Source: Tubiluchus corallicola (lineage: Eukaryota; Animalia; Priapulida). Taken from it: DNA of 64,000 bases. Shown in pieces: positions 27,972-40,590 of this stretch. The notes below the pieces were generated by a model. That model made no database searches. It saw nothing but the letters and a program-made list of their open reading frames with translations, and had not been told where the DNA came from. Position 1 is the stretch's first letter. Every line of letters starts with the position of its first letter. Position numbers and translations under genes: made by a program. The stretch spans positions 1-64,000 of the forward strand of contig JAQGDQ010000899.1 in NCBI GenBank assembly GCA_030141605.1, in the 5' to 3' direction.

Positions 27972-30900
27972 ATGGCTGATTCTCCAAGATTAAGACTGCC
28001 GCCTCTTGATGCGAACAAATCAGTTATTCACGCTGCAAATAAGGCAAGATGACAGTTGGTTTCTCAAAATTTAATTGGCTGTTCATATACCTTAATTATT
28101 ATGTCATGAATAATGACTGTTGAGTATTAGTAGTTAACATTTTAATATAATATTTTAATTACTAGCTCGAGTTATTCATGAAAGAGTGATGTTATTATAA
28201 TTATTGCGTTTTGTTTTAAATTAAAAAATATGGTTTTGTATGAGTGCTTCAGAGTTTTAAATTAAAAAATTTGCTATTATAATTGTGTGTGCTTCAGAGT
28301 TTTAAATTAAAAAATTCGCTTTTATATAAGTATACGAACGTAACAAAAAATTTAAATTAAAAAATTTGCTATTATAATTGTGTGAATGCTTCAGAGTTTT
28401 AAATTAAAAAATTCGCTTTTATATAAGTATACGAACGTAACAAAAAAATTATGAAATTCCTGGCCCAAGTGTGCGATAAAAAAATATTACGCGGGAGATT
28501 AGACAGAAACAATATTTTTATTGTCGGCCTTTATCAGGTTGTGCTTACTACTATTGTTATTGTAGTCTTTGGTAACTGTTCTCTTTGAAAATCCTTTGGT
28601 AGTACATTGCGTTCGTGAGAGAAAACACCGTACAGCAGGTTTTGGTGTTGGACGTCTGTTTATTTTAAGTAAACTCACTTTTCTAACTTCACTCTTCCAA
28701 ACTCTTCCTTCCATGACAAAAGATACGTGATGAGAGCTAACTTTTTCCAATGAAACAAGTTTGCCAAACTTAAAGGCAGTTCAGGAGTCTGCCTTTCCAG
28801 AGACTGAGTGCCTTGTCAGAGCTAGTCAGGGAGTTTATTGAGTGACTGCCACTGAGTTACTGAGAGTGCTAGCTTTTTCATTATATTTTTTTAACATCCT
28901 ATGTTACTGAGTGACTATGCTTCACTAAACCAGGAAGCTTTTTTAACTAGGTGACATTTCTGGTGTATGACTGACACTAACAACAATTACTAGATCAGTG
29001 TTCCTAGTCAGCTTCAATAAGGAAGTTCTACACACTAGCATTACATACAATAAATCTAAATATAAATCTAAAGGAACAGGGAAATTTTCTTGCTGACAAA
29101 GGACATCAATAACTCTGTAACACTACATATGAAACCAATGCAGCATTTAAAATAACAGTGTTTGTTTAATTAGTTAGGTACTTAAAATTTTATAGATTTT
29201 TCACAACAAAGGAAAACTTAATGATATTATTTCAATATATTATATTAGGTTGCCGCTGGTGAAGTTAGTACATCAAATAACCAACTTGAGAGGAAAAATG
29301 CAAAACAAATGGTGAGTATGACTAATAGGTTAACTGCACGAAGCCAATTTTACTCAACAGAAGAAAGTCTGGTTTCACCTAATGAAATTGCAGGTGCACA
29401 GTACATGGTCATCAGCCACCCGACGAGTGCTTCATTAGATCTGCAGTAGGTTTACAGCATGCAGGACTGTGTCATATAGAATCTATGGCTCTCTGGGCTA
29501 AAAATTAGTATTCTGAATAGTATGTGCAAAAAAACTTTAATTGTGGTTTAAGGTATCAACATTGTTTATTAAGTTTTAACAGCAATATGGCTGGCAAAAA
29601 CTCTCATTTCGCTTTTACATTATCAAAGTATTTTACAAGTACATAGTAATTGATGTTTACAAGTACATAGTAATTAATGTTTCACAGTGTTATAATTTAG
29701 TTTATTGGCTGTTTGCCAAGAAAGGATTTTACTACTTTTCTAGTTTTTTCTATACTATGTATAAGTATAAGAACTTCATTACACTGTGGAATTTAATAGG
29801 AATTATATACTATTTTCTAAAACTTTAAAAAATTTTCAGCATCATATAATTATATATGCACGAATGTATGTATGTCACATCATTTTTGTGCTTTTTTTCT
29901 ATACATTTATTTACTGATAATGAAAGTAAAAGTTAGGTGACATTTTTAATGCATTTTTTGCAATATGAAAAATTTTTCAGATGCTGTTTCAAACATAAAA
30001 AAAATATGTGAGATGAAACTTTATATTTTCGTATTTTCTTTTAGTGACTATTGTTAGTATATCTTTTTCTCCAAATTTTGTGCACAAATAGTATATAGGC
30101 ATACATATATCTTTGTTTTTGAGAAACTAAATTTAAATGTACAAACATAATGGCTAAATATACACATGAACAAGAGGAACAGCTGTCTAACATTGATGTG
30201 TGATGAACAATCGAATTTAAGCAATACTAAGTCTGATCAATGAACTGATGGGTTAATGCGGACTTGAATACTTATTCTGAGTGTGTCATTCGCCGTTCTC
30301 ATTTTGGTTATTTCTTCCGGTGAACAAGGATGTGTTCATATCTGACTGAGCTGTAACTGAGATAATGCTGCTAACTTATGTATCACCTTGAAGGATTAAC
30401 TTCAATAATGAGCTAGATGTCAGTCCTTGTTTTTCTTTTCAGCTCGCACTTGCTCCGAATTTCAATGTGAATCGGTTTGCTACAAAGAAAACCATTACAC
30501 AGGGAATGTTGGACGTGGCCCTTCTTATGTCTAATGTGTCGCAGTTGAAGGTATGGGGTCAATTATTACCATGTGTCTGTTCACTGTTGCGAAACACGGT
30601 ATTGTCGCAAACAACAGTTGCATAAGTTTTCTTTCTTTAAATGCTTCGTTCTTTTTAAAGGACAAGAAAAGGGGCACCTGAAGTAGGTTTCAGAAAAATC
30701 GCCTTAAAAATTATACTACTTTACACCAGTTTTATGCACATACCGTATTCGCGTTGAAAGGAATTTTCGTTCGTTTCCATTTTAAATCTCCCGCAATACT
30801 GTTCCGATGGCACCATTACATGACGTCACTAAAACACATAAATCAGGGGAAGAAAACGTAATGTTAAATTAGGATCCAAAAAACTTTCCGTGCAAATCTA

Positions 30901-32482
30901 TATTACTTAGCACTTCGCTTACCTGCTGGAAACACTTGTGTAACTAGACTAATAATTCAAAAAGGTTGTGTCAGCCCGTAAAATGTAGCTGACTCACCCT
31001 CCAGAGTGCGCCACTCACTTGCCAGAAACGTATTTTTAATCTTATTGACAAGATACAGTAATTTAAAATTTTACTTAATTAGCAACATGTATGCTACAGA
31101 TGCTCTGATTATTATTTCAAACTTTACTCAATGTTTATGAGAACTTGTTTCAAACGACCTCCCATTAAAATGGCTGCGCCTAACGGTCATCGCGGGAGTT
31201 TAAATTTACACGTCTTATACAGCGTTACGGCCGATACAAGCCATGAATTCAAAAAGGTAGTATGTAAGTGGTATAAAATTTCGAGACCAATTTTTTAAGC
31301 TTTATGTAAGTGGAGGATTTTCATGTGCTTTAAGGCTACAGAATACATTAAATTTTAACTGAAATTGCAGCACTGAACAGAAACCCGCTCTTAGTTTAAA
31401 AAGCTTCAATTAGCATTTTGCATTGGCTTGATTAACGAAACACGTAGACATACAACCATTTGAATAATTGATCTAATTTATTCTATCTAATCTAATCTAA
31501 GTAATATCAGATTGATTTAAGTCATGATTTTCTATGAGTAGGGAAGTTGCTTAGCAACGTCTCCATAAATATTTTTCTTGTAACTTTCGCATGCCTAGCA
31601 AAATTTCTTGTATTGTTTTGTTTTGAAACAAACATCTGTATAGCGCCTTTTGGCATTTTTCTGATCCTTGAGGTTTTGCTGTTTCACGCTAGAATGTGGA
31701 AATTTGGCTTAGGAAACACGAATGTGTAAGTTTTTTTAATTTTCACGTCAGCAGCCACTGCTGGATTTTAATGATCCCTTATAAACTGCTTGTTTTCAAA
31801 GACAACAAATATAGAATGGCATTGGAATTTGTTATTTACAGAACTTGGATCTTGTGAGCTCTAAAGAATGTATTTATGCTAGGCAAAATTAAAAAAAATT
31901 CTATAATTTTGGCCTCATTTGCTCTCTGCCTTGCTCATTCTCTTTACCTTTACACTAAACTTGTAACTGATGACTGTCATTATTATTTTCTAATCATCTT
32001 TTGCTGTGCATCTGTTTTCTACTCACTATTGCTTCTAGTGCCTTGTACAAAACATGATTTTCAGAATACATTGAAATGTCAAGGCAGCCCTTGTTACAGG
32101 GCAAATTTTATTATGTAATTATTACAAATACTGTCGATTCTGTGTGGTTGATTCTTATATAAGAAACTGCAAGGTTAGCTGTCGATCGAACAATGGGTTA
32201 TTCTTCACTTTACAGGTATTGATAGACACCGGACCCACGTATTATTACTACACATTTATGATGATCATGGTTTCGCTCTCGCTTGTGCTGCAGGTCGTTT
32301 GCGGTTGCCTCTTTCTCTACATTTCAATAACCAACTTGAACAAGGAGGAAAATCATCTTCTCATCGACCGACTGAATGATGCTGCCACGGTTGCCGTTTT
32401 CTTCATCACGCTGGTCAACGTTTTTATAGGGGTTTTTGGCATTCAGCTTGGCCGTCCATCATTGCACTTGAAAGAGCTTTAG
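27972..32482 (+). CDS. NINJ: Ninjurin family protein (NINJ1/NINJ2-like), four coding exons, ~169 aa
   Basis: Core exons 30443-30550 (NVNRFATKKTITQGMLDVALLMSNVSQLK; NINJ1 has NVNHYASKKSAAESMLDIALLMANASQLK) and 32216-32482 (two hydrophobic helices, SLVLQVVCG and LNDAATVAVFFITLVNVFIGVFG). Upstream exons 29249-29311 and 27972-28043 (GC donor) are phase-0 compatible but less certain. Confidence 0.9.
28215..28448. repeat. AT-rich local tandem duplication (ttttaaattaaaaaat... units)
   Basis: The blocks tgcttcagagttttaaattaaaaa and tatacgaacgtaacaaaaaa are repeated. Confidence 0.75.
30654..31335. mobile_element. Old TTAA-bounded DNA-element-like repeat (possibly Kolobok-like), with a related fragment at ~56575-56770
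   Basis: Ends tttaaagg...gctttaa. The segment gggagtttaaatttacacgtcttatacagcgttac matches gggagtttgaatttacaagttttatacagcgttac near 56628. Confidence 0.45.
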
Positions 32483-34029
32483 AGTGTGCTTTGTGGCTAG
32501 CAGGGTGATTGCACACTAGGATAGCGATGATTTATGTAACTGCTTTTTCATCTCTTACGGAAGGATAACTTGGTTGGAATGTCCGTGCTCACAGTAGTGA
32601 TCTCTTTTCCACTTGTCATTGCTTCCTCAGTGTGCAATTTGTCCGAGAATTTTCGTCTAACAATAAATCGTAAAGCAATAATTACTAACTTTTCTGTAAT
32701 TTACGATTGTCTTATTATTTTATTGGTGTTGCTCATATGTGCTATTTTTAAGGGTGATGTTTTTAGTGGTTATTATCATATACATACAATATTTTAAATG
32801 GTGATGCTCTTTGAAATTTTATTGCATTAAGATTGATATTTTACCCTCTGTATATGTAGTATATTATATGTCTACTGGATCATGTTAAAATATAAAATTT
32901 AAGATGATAATGTGAACATATGTGTGCTTGCATAACAAAATCATCCATAAGTCGATAATAAGCTTTTCTAGTTATTAACATATCCCGAATCTTCATTTCT
33001 TAAGGATAATTTTGATACCAAGCTCATCGCTCTATGTTATTTCTAAGCTGACATAATCAATGTTGAAGTTGAGGTGCAGGCTGCACACTGAAAAACATAA
33101 TCTTGAGAAATTCGCTATTAAAGTTAGCCATTGTTTTTTTTTTTGTCGCGTTTCTGCAAAAACGCTTTGCAACTGTATGAACTGGTGGTTGCTGTGGACT
33201 TTGTACGAAATCATTGAAGTTTTGTTAAATCCTGTAGATGGCTCTTCCAAGCGAAGATCTGGGCTTGGCAAAAGAAAAAACTGCAAGCAAAATGACAGCT
33301 TCCACGAGCTACTCTCGGAGTTTGAAAATACGAGTTTTTGGCAAATGCCTTACTAGTTTGTAAGCAGAGAAGTGGGCAAGGAGTTGCAAAATTCAGTTTT
33401 TACCATTTTCTAAACATTTTCCTTAAGTTTTGGTGCAAGAACAATAAAAGTCCAATATATTTAGCATATATTGCAAGTAACAAAAGATGACATTTGATCC
33501 AATTTTTGACGCATTCTACTTTGAAGCTTCAGCATGCGCCGACTTACAGGCGGCTTTGGTTTGCAAGCACACATATAGGAACTGTAATTATGAAGGTTCT
33601 TAACAGTTTTGAAACTGTGTAACTCAGCTTGTTGGGGAAAGTGGTTAGTAATAATTTATTGCCATGTTCAGTATGTAGGATGTCTTTAATGAGGTGCTAA
33701 AGTTTTATAAAGATTTCGATTAGTGCAAGAACTGGCAATAATTTTATTGTGTGTATAAGACAAGCAGTGATATGAGAAGCATAATAGTGGTAATATTATG
33801 TTATAATGATGTGTTCAGAAATTAAACATATATAAAATCAGTTTATATGCATACCACTGATTTTGGGGTATGGTCATCAATGTTTCATGATGCCTTTGTC
33901 TTCGGGCTCTTCTTTAAGGTCTAAACCTTGTTCTGCTCATACTTTATATCACGTTAAAGAAAGGAGAATTTCACTTGCACAAGAATGAGGTGGCCTTTCA
34001 CTGGTGTTTGCATGTATGTGTGCCTAAGG

Positions 34030-35060
34030 TGATGTAGAGCTTTGTTTATTTTTCCTTTAAAGCAATTTACGGCAGGGGTGTGCAACTTGCGGCACGCCGA
34101 GAGAATTTCTGCGGCCCGCGAAGAGATTTGTTAACCTAATGAAAGTGTGGCCCGGGCGATTAATTGAGTGTATCCAGCTGAAGTCCGTGCCACGACCCCA
34201 AATATAGCGTGGTTAGTTTTTTCTACTAGATCGGATGCCATTAACCCTTACAAGACGGTTGTAGCTTAATAACACTGTACTACACAGTGATACATATTAC
34301 TAATATACATTGTAATGAAATTACCACTATCTGTCCTGAAAGTAGAAATATATGGTTTGTAATATAAATTTTAATAACTACTAAAATAGTTTCTTGAGTG
34401 TAGTAGTAATGATGTACGCAGATCGGATGCAAAAAATCGTTATTAGGCCTTTCTGTACTTGGCTCCTTGATCAAACTGCCTGTGGCCTGCAGCAATTGCA
34501 GGAAAGTTTAATGTGGCCCGGTTAATCAGATAATTTGCACACCCCTGATTTACGGTATTGCATCTATGGCTTCCTGTGGTAGCTCGTTCCATATGTTTAT
34601 CACTCTCCCCGAGAAAGAGTTTAGTTCATCAGTCTGCTTTGCTTTTTGAATAGTTTTTGTGTGTGCCCTCGAGGTCTGGTGTATGTGGCTTTCGTGAAGA
34701 AATTTTCCATAGCAATGTAATCTATGTTGTTTATTATACGATACACTTGTATCAGGTCTCGTTAGTAAGGTGTTACTAGGTAAGTTAAAGCTTTTGCGTA
34801 TCAGACCGAGTCTTACATGGGCTTTCTTTGTCACTTCTATTACATGTCGACTTGGTTTTAGTGTCGTGTCAAATGTAACTCCAAGGTTTTTTCCTCTTCC
34901 CCTTCTTCTAGAACACTTGTCCTTCGATTTTCCATCATGTGATAATTAAATTTCGGGTTTCTATTTCCATAATGAATTACTTTGCATTTTGGCACATTGA
35001 ATAAAAAATTTTTAGTTGCCAGTCTTCAGCCCATTTACGCAGATCCTTTATATCATATTA
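34030..35060 (-). mobile_element. Decayed CR1 LINE reverse-transcriptase C-terminal fragment, interrupted by the hAT MITE
   Basis: Minus strand: FNVPKCKVIHYGNRNP, LGVTFDTTLKPSRHV, LGLIRKSF, FSGRVINIWNELP, then VNCFKGKINKAL on the far side of the MITE. Confidence 0.85.
34073..34547. mobile_element. hAT-type MITE, family 1, copy B
   Basis: TIRs caggggtgtgcaa / ttgcacacccctg. 8-bp TSD atttacgg at 34065-34072 and 34548-34555. Confidence 0.92.
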
Positions 35061-38000
35061 AAGGATCTAGCCCTAAGATACACGGTATTACCTACCACAC
35101 ACCTACGAAAAAAAGGTGTGTGTAAAAATCTTGGAAACACAAACGGAGGATAAAACGATCTCAAAACATTTTTTGGTAATATTTTATTTATTTATTTTCC
35201 GCTATTAAAGTATTCAAAAAACATTTGCAATTGCATATTACGAAAACCGGATAGTGAATATTTGTGAATATCAAATTTTTATAACTACCAGATAATATTG
35301 GATACGAATACCTGCAAAATCTTGTGAACGTTACCATTGTCGGATAACAAATCAGAGAGCAACATTATTCATTACTGAAATTTGTGTGACAGATTAGTCG
35401 ATTAAAAAAATCAAAAGTCCTTGTTAGCAGGGCTTATTTCAGCCTAAGCGAGGCCCGGGGAAGTGGGACGTGTGAGGCCCCCAGGGGGGGGGCGCCACCC
35501 AGAAAATTTTTGAACTGCTAGAACGCCGGAGAAGCATTTTCGAAGAGAAAAAGAGAAAACATGGAGTTATACAGTTGTTAAGAGGGAGAGAGGAGGCAGT
35601 ATGTTCGCATAAAGCAAAAAAATGTTACCTCGACGTGAGGCCCCCTACGGAGAAGTATCCCCACTCCCCCCCCCTTGTTAGTAAACAGAGTGTACATGCT
35701 GCTTTGAAACTTTTTGTCTCACACATGTACCTTTTACTGTGACATTTATGTAGCTAAATGTTATTTAATGTTAGTAACCATTCACCACTAGTGCTACTTC
35801 ACCATACTAGGTACTAGCCAGAAATCAAACGTGTACCGATGATTTTGTCTTTTGTACAGTCATTAAAAGATAATCTCTATTGGCAACAGTTATAGCTTCA
35901 TTGTTAGCTGCTGTTTTTAGTCTAGGGTTGACCTTAGTGTAGAGTTTTTCAAAATCCTGTTTACTGTAGCATGAGTGTTTATATGCAAAGCTATATAAAT
36001 TTGTTTTTGAAGTGTATGATTAAGAAATAATCGGGAATGATCATCATCCAATTGTTGTAAGCTACCTCTTTTTTCGTGCACCAAAAAATTTATTATAATA
36101 TTCATTTACTTATGAAAATGTACGGCAATGAGTAATGCACATCGCATATTAATGTTATTAAATCGTACATACGACTACTATTGGTTATCAGAGTATAAAA
36201 ATATAAACCACTATTTTAGTGTAATACCCACAGCAACATTATGACATTCACTTATAAGTAAATTGTATGAAGTTCATATACCGCTATTTTTTCGTTAAAA
36301 TTTGGTGTGTTCTTACGAACTTGTGTACTGATTTGCACCCCTATAGAATGACTATTCGTTGCTCTACTTTTAAAATTGAAAGTATGTCAGATATTATAAT
36401 TATTTTGTATTAGAATTAATAGATCTATTACTGCTGTGATAAACTTTTTTGGAAAAATAAAGTATTTTTGGCAAAAACATTTTGTGAATATTAATCTAGT
36501 CATTTACTTGCGTTTCAAGAAAGAAGAAACAAATTCTTCAAGTTTAAATTAACGAAATTTAATAAAAATTTTCTTTTTGAACCCTTTCCTTTTTTGTCGT
36601 AAATCACGCCTCTTCATACCATTCTACAGTACGTGATAAATGCCATGTTTTGTCTTTAAAATAAGAGAACAATATTGCTAATAATTATTAATGGAAATTA
36701 CATCGCAAAAAAACAATCATTTTATCAACTGTATGTTAGTAGTGAAATTCTTCACTTTCTGCTAGATACAGCTCAAAAAGGTAATTTTGAAATAAGTTTC
36801 TTTAAATCTTTATTAAGTCTATTAGTCATTCTAGGTTTTAGCTGTTCTTTGGCGGTTTTGAAGCAGAAGTTGGCCAAGTGTACTGTAAAAATGCAGCTAA
36901 GTGTACGGTAAAAAATGCAGCTAAATGTACTGTCAAAATGCTTATCCTGCTAGTATCTGATTTATGAATACTTGTCTATGATGACATAGTTATCACAGGA
37001 ATGACAAGTTAGACAATTAACGTGTCGATCAAGTCTAACTATGCAAAGGGGTTGACGAAGGTCAAGTTGTCCTGGTTCGTTTCTCATTACGGAACTTGTA
37101 ACGGAAGTCAAACTCACCGTTTCTGTTTATTAACTTAGTGCCATTGTTAAAATCTAAAGCGACATCAATTATATTTGTTTGTTTATTTCTGCTTTATCAT
37201 GTCTAGTGTCTACGTTATCTTTATCCTATATAGAATGAGTTTTTAAAGATAAACCGGCTTCAGACCTGCATGAGAGCAAAATCTAAAAATGGCTCCTACC
37301 AAGTTTCAGGGTTTTGTTTTTACTGAGATTACTCTTATTAACTTTGCACTAACTTTGTTAACAAACAAACAAACAAATCAAGGGCGATGAAAACAAAACC
37401 TCCTTGATGAAGGTAATTACAATCATAACCGTAATCATAATTGAACTAATAAACAATCAGACAAACAAACAAACAGTGTTGAAAATACCACCTCCTTGGC
37501 GGGGATAAAATATAATTAATATAATTATCCCTAACATACTCCCTAATCCCAACTCATATTTTATTAAGTGCACTATTTCTTCCATTTCTGCCCCCTTTCC
37601 TTTGTGATCTAATCTTGTGCAACTTAGTTTTACTGTGCACCGCGACTGGAAAACGTCTAGGCAAGCCGTTCCTAGATAAATGTATGAAAAACAGCGTCAG
37701 ATAAGGCAAATGGGTCCAGTGAAAACTCATCTAATAAAACTAGAGGTCTAGGAAACTGTTATTCCATGTCTCACCAGGGTTTAGAAGGAGCTTGATGCCA
37801 CAAAGAAAGGATACATTCACATAGCAATCATAATCATGCAAGGCCACATACAACTACTTTCAAGACAAACGCACATTTCAGTCCACTTGATTTGTTCAGT
37901 TGAAAGTTAGCGATTCACACTGTTCTCACAGTCTGTATAAGAAATAAACATCAATGGGAATATTATACAGAGACGTTTTGTTTGACATATTTACATTAGT

Positions 38001-38188
38001 GATCGGCAATTGCCTACAGAAACTTCCATAAATTTAACTTAATATTTTGCTTTTCTTAAAACAACAGATTTATGCGAGATAAACAGATTATACAGCATTC
38101 ATATGATCTTTGTTACGCCTTTATGCACGAAGAAACGATTATCGTTTTGCTTGCAAGCACTAAGCAGGAACGTTTACCTGCGTTAATA

Positions 38189-38887
38189 ATGCTAGTGTTG
38201 GGCGCCGAGTAATCCACTAGCCGAAGTAGGACGATTGGCGTACGTGAGTTAGCCCAAGTAGGACGCGTCGTACATGGGCTGCCCAAGTAGGGCATTAGAG
38301 ACAGGTCACGATTGAGTCGCTAAGCGTATTGGCACCGTCCGTTGTCCTTGTTTATGTAATAATAATGATTAAAAACGTCAATACACGTTGAATAATTTAT
38401 TATATATCTGATAAAAAAAAAATTATTCCGAGGTAGAAGAATTAATATTTGCCAATCTTCTTTGAAGTGAAATAAGCGCACTTTTAGGCGATTCTAACAT
38501 TTGCTTAGGGTATATCATTTTTTATTTTGTCTTGCTTCACAGACAGGTGATCGTTTTCACTCCCTCTTGGACAAATAATTGTTTTCTACTAAGTAAACGG
38601 GTTAGCGAGTTATGTGCCCTACATAGTTTCTCTCTTTAAAGCATTAGATACTTAGTTTGATGTTATGATGATATTAATAGAGCTAGTAATAATGATGATA
38701 TTGCTGTAAAAATACATTTGTAAATTGTCAAGGACTATCCATCATTGTTATAAAGTAACTTTTTTCCAAAACAAATTTAGTTTTATGTTTTATTATGCCG
38801 CCCATGTATGACACTGATTTTCCGCACATTTACCGGAAGTGTCCTACTTCGGCTAGTGGATTACTCGGCGCCCTACAGCACTAGCAT
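38189..38887. mobile_element. Inverted-repeat (MITE-like) element
   Basis: A perfect 33-bp inverted repeat gggcgccgagtaatccactagccgaagtaggac (38200-38232 versus 38841-38873) extends imperfectly outward. Subterminal cccaagtagg repeats. Confidence 0.75.
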
Positions 38888-39099
38888 AGTGATTTTACTC
38901 GAAAGCTGTTACCCGCATGTCTCGCTGCAATCATTACCAGCGCATGGTTTTCTTTTGAGCTTTGGCCGATTTGCACAGAACGTTTAATCAAGCTCTACTG
39001 TACTGCTGTGTACTGTATAGTCACTATAGTGTAACTTGTGTTGTGTCACCGAAATACACCGGCAGTAATCCGCTAGGTTAATATACATTCATTTTGAAA

Positions 39100-39516
39100 A
39101 TGGAGCGTAAGCGTAGAGATTTAACAATTAAAGAAAAACTGAAAATTTTGGAGCAGTATGATAAACTTCCGAAAATGGGGCAGAGAGGTGCAGCAGCCCA
39201 GTTGGAAATTTCCCAAAGTACGCTCGGCAGAATTTTGCAAAAGCGGGCTGCAATTGAGCAGTTAGCAAGTCAAAATGAGGGCCTGGCAATCAGGAGACGA
39301 CGCTCGGGAAAAGATTATGAAGTGGAATCAGCACTAAAACTGTGGTGCACAATCGCCAATGAAAAAAGCGCAAGTGTGAACGGACCTTTAATACGGCAGA
39401 AAGCAGAAGATTTGGCAAAGAAAATGGGAAAGTATGATTTTGTTGCAACGGAGGGATGGTTTCGTAGATGGAAAAAGCGCGAAAACATTGTCTACAAAAG
39501 TACGCATGGTAAGTAA
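39100..39516 (+). CDS. CENP-B/Tigger (pogo) N-terminal DNA-binding region (HTH psq-like + HTH_Tnp_Tc5), with no DDE domain; a domesticated exon or a truncated transposase
   Basis: RRDLTIKEKLKILE...AAAQLEISQSTLGRIL...VESALKLW...VNGPLIRQKAEDLA...FVATEGWFRRWKKRENIVYKSTHG. Uninterrupted frame ending at a consensus G|GTAAGT donor (39509). Confidence 0.85.
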   Translation: MERKRRDLTIKEKLKILEQYDKLPKMGQRGAAAQLEISQSTLGRILQKRAAIEQLASQNEGLAIRRRRSGKDYEVESALKLWCTIANEKSASVNGPLIRQKAEDLAKKMGKYDFVATEGWFRRWKKRENIVYKSTHGK

Positions 39517-39693
39517 AAGAAATCCTGTATTTTTCTAATGTGAATATAAACAGATTCGAGTTGAAAATAGATTTTGCTGCACTTTTTTATAAGTAAAAAT
39601 AATTTAGAGTAGAGTAGCTAGCCGTCTTAGATAATTTTGCACAGGATGCATTCATAGATTCGTTTCTAAGGCATTGACATCGTTGCACTAGAT

Positions 39694-40120
39694 CAGTGGT
39701 TCCCAAACTTTCTCGGACCGTTACCCAAATCGGGAAACCCGGTCGTGTCCATTACCCCCCACCTAGTACTACTTCTCCAACTCAAAAAGTAAACACACGT
39801 ATATGCCACAAGCAAGCAAAATTATTTATGTTTGCTCGTGACATAAATAAATTTCCAGGTGTTGTTGTTGTATTGTTGCCAAAACAAGAATTACAATGAC
39901 TGAACCTGCTCATTACTGAGTGAGCAGGTTCGTTCGAGTAATTATTACTCGAACAAACGAAAACAAGAAGAAATGAATGACAACAACAAAATCTCAGTTA
40001 GTGGGACGGATGAGCCTGTTTTTCGGACAGATTTAAAAATTTTCAGATGGGTGCCCGTTACCCCCCAAAAAAACATATTACCCCCGGGGGGGTAATTTAC
40101 CCCTACTTTGGGAACCACTG
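39694..40120. mobile_element. hAT (Charlie-like) MITE
   Basis: TIRs cagtggttcccaaa / tttgggaaccactg. 8-bp TSD cactagat at 39686-39693 and 40121-40128. Confidence 0.93.
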
Positions 40121-40124
40121 CACT

Positions 40125-40590
40125 AGATGACTCATGCTCCTATATGTAATAGTAATACTACACCCGTCGGCTAATAGATTCAGTCGATTAATTGCGGCAA
40201 AACGCTTCTGTGCGCTGTGCCTACTGTAATATAGTAGCTTAGGTGAACTGCCACTGCGTAGAGCTACAATTATGCACCATATTTTGACGAGATGACTCAT
40301 GCACCTATAGTAACTACCGTAGGCTAATAGATTCAGTCGGTTAAATGGGGCAAAACATTTCCGTGCGCTGTGCCTACTGTATAGTTAGGTGAACTGCCAC
40401 TGTGTAGAGCTGCAATTATGCACCATATTATAACGAGATGACTCTGCTCCTATGTACAGTAATACTACACCCGTCGGCTAATAGATTCAGTCGGTTAATT
40501 AGGTCAAAACACTTCCGTGCGCTGTGCCTACTGTATACTGAGGTGAACTGCCACTGTGTAGAGCTGCAATTATGCGCCATATTCTGACGC
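40125..40590. repeat. Three diverged tandem copies of a ~150-165-bp unit
   Basis: The blocks ggctaatagattcagtcg, gtgcgctgtgcctactgta and aggtgaactgccactg each occur three times in order. Confidence 0.88.

Noticed and set aside
37360-37506. Two short aaacaaacaaac...acctccttgg motifs resembling transposon ends
   Set aside because: Too degenerate to define boundaries or family.
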